NCBI GenBank assembly: GCA_965215505.1
Contig: OZ244065.1
Span: 4,960,001 to 5,024,000 of the forward strand
Direction: 5' to 3'
Length of the DNA stretch: 64,000 nucleotides
Source: Capsulimonadaceae bacterium
GTDB lineage: Bacteria; Armatimonadota; Armatimonadia; Armatimonadales; Capsulimonadaceae
The stretch's first letter is position 1. Each line of letters starts with the position of its first letter. Both the position numbers and the translations under genes were made by a program. The notes below the pieces were generated by a model, which saw nothing but the letters and a program-made list of their open reading frames with translations, was not told the DNA's origin and searched no databases. Shown here in pieces: positions 49,362-58,918 of the stretch.

Positions 49362-49486
49362 ACCCACCCGGCGAACAAGTTCGCCCCCTCCTGCACCGGC
49401 AGACGGGAAGAGGCAAAGACCGAAGTTCTTCCCCCTCTCCCGCTTGCGGGGGAGGGGGTGGCGAGGAACGAGCCGGGGGTGGGGGC
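49362..49486. repeat. Degenerate inverted pair of GC-rich REP-like hairpin elements
   Basis: CCCCCTCTCCCGC-TT-GCGGGGGAGGGGG hairpin at 49431-49458 followed by GGGGGTGGGGG; decayed mirror copy from about 49362. Confidence 0.45.
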
Positions 49487-49823
49487 CTCTTTCCCTTCCC
49501 ATATGCTATAATTTCGGCATGGCTGCCCCAAACGCTTTGACCACTGAAACCACACAAGCCTCCGCGCCGCCGCAGGACGCGCCCGCCCCGCCCGCCTACT
49601 TCCTGTCACTGACGGTGGAAAACTTCCGCTGCTTCGGCCCGGCCCAGACGCTTGACCTCTCCCGTGGCGACAACCGGCCCGCCCCGTGGACGATCATTGT
49701 GGGAGAGAATGGCGTCGGTAAGACCACACTGCTCCAGTGTGTTGCCGCATTCCAGCCGGATACAAAGTATGGACTTCCCTTATCTACAGATATTTTCTCC
49801 TTGATGGGGGCTAGCGGTTCCCT

Positions 49824-51141
49824 GATAGTGTCAAGTTGTTTCTGTAAAAGCTGGGAGCATCCTTGCGCGGCTGTTATTCTGTGGTCGCCCGTTCTATGAA
49901 GGTCAGGTAGGCTTTGCCTGCCTGCCAGTCGTCGCTGATCTCCATCAGCACCGCGCTCGCGAGGCGCAGGCAGGACGCCTCGTTCGGGAAGATGCTCGCC
50001 ACCTGTGTGCGCCGCTTCACCTCGCGGTTGACCCGCTCCACGCCGTTGGTGGTCCGCAGCAGACGGCGGTGCGTCTCGGGGAAGGCGAACACGGCCAAGC
50101 CTTCGGGCAGGGTTTCCTCCATCCAGGCCGAAAGCTTGGGCGCAGTCGCCTCGTACTTCTGCACCGTCCGCTTCAGCAGTGCGTCGGCCTCGGCCCTGTC
50201 CTGAGCGCCAAAGATGGCGCGGATGTCTGCCGCCACGGGCACCTTCATGTCCTGTCTGGGGACGTGGGCTGAGGCGTTCTGCTGCAAGTGGAACTGGCAG
50301 CGCTGCCACGGCACGCCGCCCAGCACCGCCAGCCGTGCGGCTTTCAGCCCCTCGTGGGCGTCACTGATGACGAGGCGCACCCCGCACAGGCCACGCTGGA
50401 TCAGGCTTTGCAGGAACGCGCGCCAGTGGACCTCGTGTTCGGACAGAGCAACCGAGACGCCCAGCACGGAGCGTTTGCCCGTTTCATCCACGCCGATGGC
50501 GATCAGCACGGCGGCTTTCTGGACAAGCCCCGACTGGCGCACCCGTTCGTAACGGGCGTCCAGGTAGACGTAGGGCTGCGGCGCAAGCGGGCGACTGCGC
50601 CACGCCGCAAGAGTCGCGTCGAGTTCCTTCGCCGCCTGGCTGACCTGGCCCGAGGAGACCTCGAAGCCGCAGAGCCGTTCGGTGATGGCGGCCACCTTGC
50701 GGGTGGAGACGCCCTGCACATACATCTCGGCCAGAGCCAACTTCAGGGCGCGCTCGGAGCGCGTGCCTTTCTCCAGGCTCTGTGGGTAGAACCCGCCCTC
50801 CCGCACCTGGGGCACGGCGACGGTGATCTGGCCCAGGCGGGTAACAAGCGTCTTGTCCTTGTAGCCGTTGGCGTGGCCTGTGCGCGCCTCCGTGCGCTCA
50901 TTGGGGGCCGCGCCCAGATGCTTCTGGCGCTCAATTTGCATGGCGGCGTTGAGCAGGACGCGGAAGAGATCGGGCAGAGCGTCCAGCCCTTGCGTCGTGA
51001 GCTGCTCCAAAAGGGGCGCGGACAGAGTAGAATCGTCCTGGTAGGTCATGGGTGGTGTTCCTTGCTGTGTGGCAACTCCACGGATACTCCCTGACCTACT
51101 ACTTCAGGCCATCGCTTTTACAGAAAACATTTTACAATAAC
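49824..51141 (-). mobile_element. IS256-family insertion sequence (copy 2) with 8-bp target-site duplication
   Basis: GGTTCCCT at 49816-49823 and 51142-51149; ~27-bp imperfect terminal inverted repeats. Confidence 0.95.
49874..51049 (-). CDS. IS256 (Mutator-type) transposase
   Basis: Same motifs as 20263-21441, similar but non-identical protein. Confidence 0.96.
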   Translation of the reverse strand: MTYQDDSTLSAPLLEQLTTQGLDALPDLFRVLLNAAMQIERQKHLGAAPNERTEARTGHANGYKDKTLVTRLGQITVAVPQVREGGFYPQSLEKGTRSERALKLALAEMYVQGVSTRKVAAITERLCGFEVSSGQVSQAAKELDATLAAWRSRPLAPQPYVYLDARYERVRQSGLVQKAAVLIAIGVDETGKRSVLGVSVALSEHEVHWRAFLQSLIQRGLCGVRLVISDAHEGLKAARLAVLGGVPWQRCQFHLQQNASAHVPRQDMKVPVAADIRAIFGAQDRAEADALLKRTVQKYEATAPKLSAWMEETLPEGLAVFAFPETHRRLLRTTNGVERVNREVKRRTQVASIFPNEASCLRLASAVLMEISDDWQAGKAYLTFIERATTE

Positions 51142-52206
51142 GGTTCCCTTGCAAGAAGACAAAGAACAACGGAATGCTCATTTGAGATGGCTTGTCGAGT
51201 TGGTGATGAATTAAAGGCTTCCCGGCCGAAGGGAACGACAGGTACGCTAGGTTTTGTAGGACGGCGTGACGGTGGCGCTTATGGCGGTTTGGCATTAGAC
51301 AGGCAGAGTTTGATCTGCTACGGCTACGGCGCGAGCCGCCGCATGGGCAAAGCGTCACTCTCGGAACAGCGCACCGATGACACGACTGCCAGCCTCTTTT
51401 CGGATGACGTTGACCTAATCAACGCCGAAGAATGGTTACTGCAAGCCGACTACGCCGCCAGCAGAGCGCCCAAAGATAGCACACGCGCCCAGGAGCGCCG
51501 GGACCAAGTTGTCGGCATCCTGAAAGAACTTCTGCCGGATGTCTTAGAGGTGCGGTTTAGCGCCTCTGAGGAGGAAATCGGCCCACCCATCGTCGAGTTC
51601 CACACCCCCTATGGCTGGGTACGCCTGAAAGACCTGAGCCTCGGCTACCGGACGCTCCTCACCTGGATGGTGGACCTCGCTAGCCGCCTCTTTGACCGCT
51701 ACCCCAAGAGCAAGAACCCGCTGGCGGAACCTGCCGTCGTGCTGGTGGACGAGATTGATCTGCACCTGCACCCGCGCTGGCAGCGGACACTGATGAGTTT
51801 CCTCAGCGAGCGATTCCCCAACACGCAGTTCATCGCCACCGCCCACAGCCCCCTCGTCGTCCAGGCCGCTGCGGACGCCAACATCGTCCTGCTGCGCCGC
51901 GAGGGCGACCATGTGGTGATTGACAACGACGTGGAGCGCATCCAGAACTGGCGCGTGGATCAGATACTCACCTCCGAGCTGTTCGGCCTGGAAAGCGCCC
52001 GCCCGCCGCAGGTCAGCCCCGCGCTGGAAGAGCGCAAAAAGATACTCGCCAAGCCGCGTCTGACCAAGGTGGACGAGAAGCGGCTGGCGGAGCTAGAGGC
52101 GCAGATCGGGGACCTGCCGACCGGCGAGACGCCGGAAGACTTGCAGGCGATGGACATCATCCGGCGCGCGGCGGCCTTGCTGGAAGCGCAGTAGGGGCGA
52201 CCGGCG

Positions 52207-52965
52207 TTGATTAAGATCACCAAACCGGCGGCCCCCGATCTGCTGCGAGGGCGCGGGCAGACAAAGCGAGCGAAACACTGCGCCGACTATGACCGCGTCC
52301 CTGCCGACCATGACGCAGGGGTGAAGACATTCAACTTCGACGCCGCACTCTACGGCGACCCAACGGTCAAGCAGGCGCTTGTCGCCGCCCAGCACGGCAA
52401 GTGCTGTTTCTGCGAGCGCGAGATCGGCGGGGAAGGGGACGTGGAACACTTCCGCCCCAAAGCGAGTTTCTGCCAGGGAGAGGGCCAGCCACTTGAGCGG
52501 CCCGGCTACTACTGGCTCGCCTACGAGTGGGATAACCTGCTGCTGGCCTGCCCCATCTGCAACCAGCGGTTCAAGCGGAGCCTGTTCCCACTCTTCGACC
52601 CGGCCAGGCGCGCGAGAAACCATCACGGTGACGTAACTCAGGAGAAGCCGGTGTTCATTCACCCCGCCGAAGAGGACCCCGTCTGCTTCATCGGCTTCCG
52701 TCAGGAGGTTGCCTACGCAAAGCGTGGCAGCAGGCGTGCGAAGGAGACGATCAAAGCCTTTGGGCTGAACCGGGAGAACCTGACCGAAGAGCGGCGCGAC
52801 CATCTCAGCCGCCTGGTTTATCTGCGGAAGGTTCTGGACCAGGAGGCGAAGTTGGCCGGAACTGCGGAAGGGCGGCGGCTCTTGAAAGAGGCCGATGCCT
52901 ACCTTCGAGAAGCCACCCAAGCCTCTGCCAAGTTCGCCGGTATGGCAAGAGCGGTGGCAGCCTGA
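52207..52965 (+). CDS. HNH endonuclease (Septu PtuB-like)
   Basis: QHGKCCFCE, VEHFRPK, YYWLAYEWDNLLLACPICN, TI..FGLNR..L...R; immediately downstream of the ATPase. Confidence 0.85.
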   Translation: MIKITKPAAPDLLRGRGQTKRAKHCADYDRVPADHDAGVKTFNFDAALYGDPTVKQALVAAQHGKCCFCEREIGGEGDVEHFRPKASFCQGEGQPLERPGYYWLAYEWDNLLLACPICNQRFKRSLFPLFDPARRARNHHGDVTQEKPVFIHPAEEDPVCFIGFRQEVAYAKRGSRRAKETIKAFGLNRENLTEERRDHLSRLVYLRKVLDQEAKLAGTAEGRRLLKEADAYLREATQASAKFAGMARAVAA

Positions 52966-53297
52966 ATCCATGAGTGGAGCGGGTATAATAGTAGACAGAA
53001 TGACTGTACGAGGGAGAGGCGAAAAGGCGGCAAAACAGCAGCAACGAAATTTGCAAAAACGAACTGCCTGCCGCGTAAGGTCCATGCCATGAATAGCACG
53101 GTCGCCTGAACGATTGGGGCACCTGTTCGGGAAGGGCAGCAAGGCAGCGAGAAATGCAGCAGCAAATTTGTCAAAACGAACTAGTCACCGCCTTCCTCGG
53201 CCTGCGCCCATGAAACTTCCCGCGCACGGCAGCGTATCTCTCTGAGACGCTGATGCCCTTTGGGGGGCATGATCTCGCAACCGAGGAGGAACCTCTG

Positions 53298-54254
53298 ATG
53301 ACCCTGCGCCCGCCCTGTCGCTCCGCCTGCGTTCCCGTACTGACCATGCTGCTGTCTTGCGCCGTCGCCGGCCTGCCCGCTGTCGCCGCCCCCGCCAGGA
53401 AGGCGAAAGCCACCGTCAAGACCAAAGCCGCCGCCCCGCCTCCCTCCGCGCATCCGGCCCCGCCTTCGGACAAGAAAGGGGCGACGCCACTGATGCTGGC
53501 CGCCGCCGGTGGCAAGACCGAGATCGTCTCGAAGCTGCTCGCCGGGGGCGCAGACGTCAACGGCCCGTCCAAGACCGGCAACACGCCCCTCACTTACGCC
53601 GTCTTCGCCGGACAGGAGGCCGTCTGCAAGCAGCTCCTCGCCCACGGGGCCGACCCGAACCGGGTGAACGCTGACGGCTACGGACCCCTGGCCGTGGCCG
53701 TATTCAAGGACCGTCCCATACTCGCCGCCCTCCTCCTGGACCACGGCGCGGCCGTGGACCTCGCCGGCAAGAAGGGCGGGACGCCGCTGGTCATGGCCGC
53801 CATGCTGGGCCACGCCCCCATGGTAAGTCTGCTGCTGGCGCGCGGCGCGAAGCCCGAGGCCGTCACCCCCGGCGGCTATACGCCGCTGATGGTGGCTGCC
53901 CTCAGCGGCAGCGTCCCCGTCGCCCAGGCCCTCCTGGACGGGGGCGCAGACCTGGACGCCGAGAGCGACCAGGGCCAGACCGCCCTGCTGCTGGCCGCCG
54001 CGAAGGGCCGGACCGAGGCCGTCAAGTTCCTGCTGGAGCGCGGCGCGGACCTGGGCGGCTCGGACATCAACGGCACCACCCCCCTCATGGCCGCCGCCGT
54101 CAGCGGCAGCCTCCCCACCGTCCAGCTCCTTCTCGACCACGACGCCGACCCCAATGCCCGCAACAACGACGACTTGACGGCGGCGGCCATCGCCACCTAC
54201 CTCAAAAAGCCAGCCGTCGCCGACCTGCTGCGGAAGGCGGGTGGGGGAGAATAG
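53298..54254 (+). CDS. Secreted ankyrin-repeat protein
   Basis: GATPLMLAA, GNTPLTYA, GYTPLMVAA repeats; GAGGAGG RBS; signal peptide. Confidence 0.9.
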   Translation: MTLRPPCRSACVPVLTMLLSCAVAGLPAVAAPARKAKATVKTKAAAPPPSAHPAPPSDKKGATPLMLAAAGGKTEIVSKLLAGGADVNGPSKTGNTPLTYAVFAGQEAVCKQLLAHGADPNRVNADGYGPLAVAVFKDRPILAALLLDHGAAVDLAGKKGGTPLVMAAMLGHAPMVSLLLARGAKPEAVTPGGYTPLMVAALSGSVPVAQALLDGGADLDAESDQGQTALLLAAAKGRTEAVKFLLERGADLGGSDINGTTPLMAAAVSGSLPTVQLLLDHDADPNARNNDDLTAAAIATYLKKPAVADLLRKAGGGE

Positions 54255-54274
54255 GCGCAGGGGTAGAGTGAAGC

Positions 54275-55006
54275 ATGGACAGAAAGCTTTGGATCGGCAC
54301 ATCGGGTTGGAGCTATGACCACTGGCACGGCGTCCTGTACCCCCACGGCCTGCCGGCTGGGGACCGTTTGGGTTACTACTTGCAGCGGTATCCGACTGTG
54401 GAGGTCAACAGCACTTTCTACCGCTGGCCGCCGGATGCCAGTTTCGAGCGCTGGCGGCAGCGTCTCCCTGAAGGCTTTCAGATGACCGTCAAGGCCCCGC
54501 GCGGCTTGACCCACGGCAAGCGCCTGTATCAGCCGGAAGCCTGGCTGGCACGGGTCGAGTCTGGCCTGCGCGCCCTCGGCGACAAGCGCGGTGTCCTGCT
54601 CGTGCAGCTCCCGCCCGACTTCGAGTGCGACCATGCCCGCCTGGAGTATTTCCTGCGTCACCTGCCGCCGGGGCGGAAAACGGCCCTGGAGCTGCGCCAC
54701 CCCTCCTGGAACCGCGAGGACGTCTTCGCCCTGTTGGAAGAGACGGGCACCGCCTACTGCGTCATGAGCGGCGCGCACCTGCCCTGCATCCTCCGCGTGA
54801 CCGCCCCGTTCGTCTATGTCCGCCTGCACGGTCCGGACACCGGTCACCTGTACGCTGGCTCCTACTCTGACGATGACCTGCGCTGGTGGGCGGACCGCAT
54901 CCGGGAATGGCTGGGCATGGGGAAAAAAGTCTTCGCCTACTTCAACAACGACGGCGAAGGCAATGCCGTCCGCAACGCCGACACCCTGACCGCGCTCCTG
55001 CGCTGA
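54275..55006 (+). CDS. DUF72 family protein
   Basis: IGTSGWSY, TVEVNSTFY, LVQLPP, ELRH.SW, YVRLHG, YFNND. Confidence 0.92.
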   Translation: MDRKLWIGTSGWSYDHWHGVLYPHGLPAGDRLGYYLQRYPTVEVNSTFYRWPPDASFERWRQRLPEGFQMTVKAPRGLTHGKRLYQPEAWLARVESGLRALGDKRGVLLVQLPPDFECDHARLEYFLRHLPPGRKTALELRHPSWNREDVFALLEETGTAYCVMSGAHLPCILRVTAPFVYVRLHGPDTGHLYAGSYSDDDLRWWADRIREWLGMGKKVFAYFNNDGEGNAVRNADTLTALLR

Positions 55007-55018
55007 GAGCCGCGCCCG

Positions 55019-55558
55019 ATGTCCTACATCCTGAATGCACCCATCGTGATCGCGCCCTACGACCCGGCGTGGCCGGCCTGGTACGAGGCCGAGCGTCGGC
55101 GATTGGATGGTGTGCTGGCCTCCGCCGTCCGGGTGGAACACATCGGCAGCACGTCCGTTCCCGGCCTCGCCGCCAAAGCCATCCTGGACATCTCCGCCTC
55201 CGCCGCCGCCCTGGAAGACACGGACGCCCTCATAGGTCCCCTGCGCGATCTGGGGTATGAGGACGCGAAGATCGATCCGGTCTTCCAGCGCCGGATGTTC
55301 TCCTGCGGCCCGTGGCAGGAGGCCGGCTCCGTCCACCTGCACTTCACCATCCACGGCTCCGACACCTGGGCCGAGCCGATCCTGATGCGCGACTACCTCC
55401 GCGCCCACCCCGAAGCCGCCGCATGGTACGCCGCAGTAAAACAGGCCAGCGCCGCCGCCCACGGCAGCGACCTGAACGGCTATCACGAGGGCAAAAGCGA
55501 GTGCGTCTTGACACTGATAGGGCGGGCGCGGGTCTGGCAGGGCAGCGTCTCCGGTTGA
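55019..55558 (+). CDS. GrpB (UPF0157) family protein
   Basis: YDPAWP, EHIGSTSVPGLAAK.ILDI, RDYLR.HP, Y..GK. Confidence 0.9.
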   Translation: MSYILNAPIVIAPYDPAWPAWYEAERRRLDGVLASAVRVEHIGSTSVPGLAAKAILDISASAAALEDTDALIGPLRDLGYEDAKIDPVFQRRMFSCGPWQEAGSVHLHFTIHGSDTWAEPILMRDYLRAHPEAAAWYAAVKQASAAAHGSDLNGYHEGKSECVLTLIGRARVWQGSVSG

Positions 55559-55665
55559 CTTTGGGCCGCCCGGCGTGTCATACTAAGGGCGACTTTCCAG
55601 GAGAACCAGACATTGCGGTCGGCCTCCGGGCTGGCTGAGGATTGAAACAAGGAGACCTACCCATC

Positions 55666-56685
55666 ATGGCAGTGCGAGTTGGCATCAACGGCTTCGGCCG
55701 CATCGGGCGCATCACCTACCGCGCCATCCAAGAGCGCTTTCCCAACGGCGAGATCGAGGTCGTCGCGCTCAACGACCTGACGGACGCCAAGACCAACGCC
55801 CACCTGCTCAAGTACGACAGCAACTACGGCCCCTACAAGGGCGGCGACGTCCAGGCCGAAGGCGACAACATCGTCGTGGACGGCAAGAAGCTCACTGTCT
55901 TTGCTGAGAAGAACCCCGCCGACATCCGCTGGGACGCCGAGGGCGTGGACGTGGTCATCGAAAGCACCGGCTTCTTCACCGACGCCACCAAGGCCGTCGC
56001 CCACCGCGAACACGGCGTCAAGAAGGTCGTCATCTCCGCCCCCGCCAAGAACGAGGACCTGACCATCGTCCTGGGCGTCAACCAGGACGTCTACGACCCG
56101 GCCAAGCACAACGTCATCTCCAACGCCTCCTGCACGACCAATGGCCTGGCCCCCGTCGCCAAGGTCCTCAACGACACCTTCGGCGTCGAGAAGGGCCTGC
56201 TGACGACCATCCACGCCTACACCAACTCCCAGCGCACCGTGGACACCGCCGCCAAGGATCTGCGCGACGCACGCGCCGCCGCCCAGAACATCGTCCCCAG
56301 CAGTACCGGCGCGGCCAAGGCCGTCGGCCTGGTCATCCCCGAGCTTGCCGGTAAGTTCACCGGCATGGCCTTCCGCGTCCCGACCCCCACCGTCTCGGTC
56401 GTGGACTTCACCGCCCTCCTGGGCCGCGACGCCTCCATCGCGGAGATCAACGCCGCCATGCTGGCCGCCGCCTCCGACGGCCCCATGAGGGGCATCCTCC
56501 AGTACTCCGACGAGCCTCTGGTCTCCACCGACCTGAAGGGCAACCCGCACTCGTCCATCTTCAGCGCCCTGGACACCATCGGCATCGGGTCCTTCGTCAA
56601 GGTCGTCGCCTGGTACGACAACGAGTGGGGCTACTCCTGCCGCGTCGCCGACCTGATCAAGTTCCTCGGCGACAAGGGACTCTAG
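55666..56685 (+). CDS. gap: Type I glyceraldehyde-3-phosphate dehydrogenase
   Basis: GINGFGRIGR, SNASCTTNGLAP, STGAAKAVG, RVPTP, WYDNEWGY. Confidence 0.97.
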   Translation: MAVRVGINGFGRIGRITYRAIQERFPNGEIEVVALNDLTDAKTNAHLLKYDSNYGPYKGGDVQAEGDNIVVDGKKLTVFAEKNPADIRWDAEGVDVVIESTGFFTDATKAVAHREHGVKKVVISAPAKNEDLTIVLGVNQDVYDPAKHNVISNASCTTNGLAPVAKVLNDTFGVEKGLLTTIHAYTNSQRTVDTAAKDLRDARAAAQNIVPSSTGAAKAVGLVIPELAGKFTGMAFRVPTPTVSVVDFTALLGRDASIAEINAAMLAAASDGPMRGILQYSDEPLVSTDLKGNPHSSIFSALDTIGIGSFVKVVAWYDNEWGYSCRVADLIKFLGDKGL

Positions 56686-56702
56686 GCCGCCCGATAGAAC
56701 GA

Positions 56703-56734
56703 AAGAGGGGGCGCGGCGTCTGCCGCGCCCCTTT
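56703..56734 (+). terminator. Intrinsic terminator after gap
   Basis: AGGGGGCGCGGC-GTCT-GCCGCGCCCCTTT. Confidence 0.75.
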
Positions 56735-56820
56735 AGGTTTCTGACTTTGCGGGTATAACCGTAGGGTGGCAGGCAGGCGGGCGCGAACGGCCCAAATCGC
56801 TGCCATGAGGGACCAACGTC

Positions 56821-58896
56821 ATGCGCCTCTTCGGTCAGTCCAGCGGCAACCCCTACATGTCCTCCGACCGGGGGCTTGCCAACCCGCGCTTGGACCTCCT
56901 TGCGGGTGTGCGGTATCAGATCATCCCCAGCGCGCGCGGCCTGCCGATGGCGCAGCTCGACCTGCGTTTCCGGCGCGAGCTGCCAACCGTCGCCAACCCG
57001 GACATGACGCTGGCCGTGCTGCTGGACCGCAGCGGCTCCATGCGGGACGCATTCCGGGAGGGCCACGTCCTCAACGTCGCCGCCGCCATCCTCGGCCACG
57101 TCACCCAGGCGGGGGTCGGGTACGACCTAGCCTTTTACGATGACCGCGTCTCCTACGCCGGCCACATCGGGAGCCTTCCCGCCCTCCGCACGGCGATCAC
57201 GCAGAACGGCCCGCGCGGCGGCACCTATGTTACGGATGCCCTGCGTGGGGCGACCCAAAAGTACCGCACCCGGAGCGGGCTGTACGTCATCGTCATCACC
57301 GACGGCGAGTTCACCGACAAGGTCGAGGTGCGGCGGCTCGTACTCCAAGAGCTGCTGCCGCAGGTCACGCCGGAAAACCCTTATGCCTTCCGCCTCCACT
57401 TCGTCGGCGCGGGTGAGGGCGTGGACCACGCCTTTCTGCGACAGATCGAGGCGGACGCCGCCGGACAGGGCATCCCCCTGGTCACGCAGCACCATCACGC
57501 CCACCTCAGCCACAGCCACGCCAGCATCCTGGATGAATTGGACCGCGCCTTTCTGGGCGTGGGGACCGGGGCGACCTTCGGCACACCGGAGCTGCTGGAC
57601 GGCCCGGCCCAGACGTCGCCGCCGGACCCTCTCATCCTGCACACCGCCGATCCCACGACGCGCCGGGCCTGGGACGGCGCGGTCGGGGCACCCGGCTTCC
57701 TGCCGCGCCGCGTCCTGCTCGGCTGTGAGTACGCCCCGCTCCACCCCGAGAGCCTGCCGGTCGCCCTCAAGTTTCAGGGCGCGGGTGGCATCTCCCAATG
57801 GCTCGATTTTTCCGTCCCGCTGCCACGCCAGGAGTCGGCCCCTCCCACACTCGGCCCGTCACGCAAGCCCGGCTTTCACCTCCCCTGGGGGAACCGTTCG
57901 CCCGAGGAAGAAGCCGCGCGGGTCGAGGCGGACCGGCAGCGGGCCGCGCTGGCGCAGCAGGTCCTCGAAACCCATCAGGCGGAGGTGCAGAGGCAGGGGC
58001 GCGACCTGCAACTGCTGGGCCAGGGCGGCATCCCGACCCAAGCCACCGAGCGGCTGAAGGAGATCGGTAGCGGGGGCGCTGAGGGCATCCTGTTCACCAG
58101 CGACCTCTCCCCGGACGAGGCCGCATTGCTGCGCCGCGAAGGATGCCGGCCGCGCGGGCTGGTGACGGGCAGCGCCATGTACCACGTCGGCCAGGCCTAT
58201 GCGTCGTCGCAAGGCGACTGCGAGGTGGAGGTTCTGTCCAGGGCCTATGACGCGGCGACCGGCCTTGCCGTCTCGCGGATGGCGCAGGAGGCGCGGCTGA
58301 TCGGCGCGCACGGCGTCGTCGGCGTCCGCCTGTCCGTGGTGCGGCACGAATGGGCGGACAAGACGGTCGAGGTCCAGGTGATCGGGACGGCCGTTCAAGG
58401 GCCGGGGGCCGCGCCCGCCGACCCCTGGATGAGCGACCTGTCGGGGCAGGAGTGGTGGGCCTTGCACCGGGCCGGCTATGAACCCGCCGCCCTGGTGTGG
58501 GGGCACTGCACCTGGTTCATCCTCACGACCCAGCAGGACGAATGGATCGAGGGGTCGTTTTCTAACCAGGAGTTGACGCACTGGAGTGCCGCCCTGGGCC
58601 GGGCGCGGACAATCGCGATGGGCCACCTGACCGCCGAGGCCCGGAAGCGGCGCGCGACCGGCATCACCGGCGTCCGGATCGCGCGCCGCATGGATGAGGT
58701 CCGCCTGTCCGGGCCGGGCGAGGACCCGGCCTACGAGCGGGAGCATCACAACCTGGTCATCAGCATCATCGGGACGGCCATCCGCCTGCGGCCCGATGCG
58801 CCGCCCGGCGTGACGCCGACCGTGCAGATCCTGTCGCTGCGCGACGGCAAGATCACCGCCGTCGGCCTGGGCGCGACCGATGTGAAGATCGAGTAA
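56821..58896 (+). CDS. vWA domain fused to two YbjQ-like (heavy-metal-binding) domains
   Basis: LDRSGSM MIDAS, GGT, VITDGE; FTSDLS...GLVTGS..YHVG, GAHGVVGVRL, IGTAV and second SDLSGQ...IGTAI unit. Confidence 0.8.
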   Translation: MRLFGQSSGNPYMSSDRGLANPRLDLLAGVRYQIIPSARGLPMAQLDLRFRRELPTVANPDMTLAVLLDRSGSMRDAFREGHVLNVAAAILGHVTQAGVGYDLAFYDDRVSYAGHIGSLPALRTAITQNGPRGGTYVTDALRGATQKYRTRSGLYVIVITDGEFTDKVEVRRLVLQELLPQVTPENPYAFRLHFVGAGEGVDHAFLRQIEADAAGQGIPLVTQHHHAHLSHSHASILDELDRAFLGVGTGATFGTPELLDGPAQTSPPDPLILHTADPTTRRAWDGAVGAPGFLPRRVLLGCEYAPLHPESLPVALKFQGAGGISQWLDFSVPLPRQESAPPTLGPSRKPGFHLPWGNRSPEEEAARVEADRQRAALAQQVLETHQAEVQRQGRDLQLLGQGGIPTQATERLKEIGSGGAEGILFTSDLSPDEAALLRREGCRPRGLVTGSAMYHVGQAYASSQGDCEVEVLSRAYDAATGLAVSRMAQEARLIGAHGVVGVRLSVVRHEWADKTVEVQVIGTAVQGPGAAPADPWMSDLSGQEWWALHRAGYEPAALVWGHCTWFILTTQQDEWIEGSFSNQELTHWSAALGRARTIAMGHLTAEARKRRATGITGVRIARRMDEVRLSGPGEDPAYEREHHNLVISIIGTAIRLRPDAPPGVTPTVQILSLRDGKITAVGLGATDVKIE

Positions 58897-58918
58897 GCCG
58901 ACGAAAACCGAGGAACCC

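Larger units (their letters stand above)
49519..52194 (+). pseudogene. ABC/AAA ATPase (Septu PtuA-like) interrupted by IS256
   Basis: 5' part: VENFRCF, Walker A GENGVGKTT; 3' part: LSLGY signature, LVDEIDLHLHPRWQ, ATAHSP; removing IS plus one target copy gives a 449-aa ORF. Confidence 0.88.

Noticed and set aside
49249-49518. Possible retron msr-msd upstream of the ATPase-HNH pair
   Set aside because: No reverse transcriptase in the window; hairpins look like REP-type repeats; a -10 box lies right before the ATPase ATG
20216-51141. Composite transposon bounded by the two IS256 copies
   Set aside because: Copy 2 has its own target duplication, outer flanks do not match, and the interval holds core genes (rpsA, coaE, tRNA, folP)
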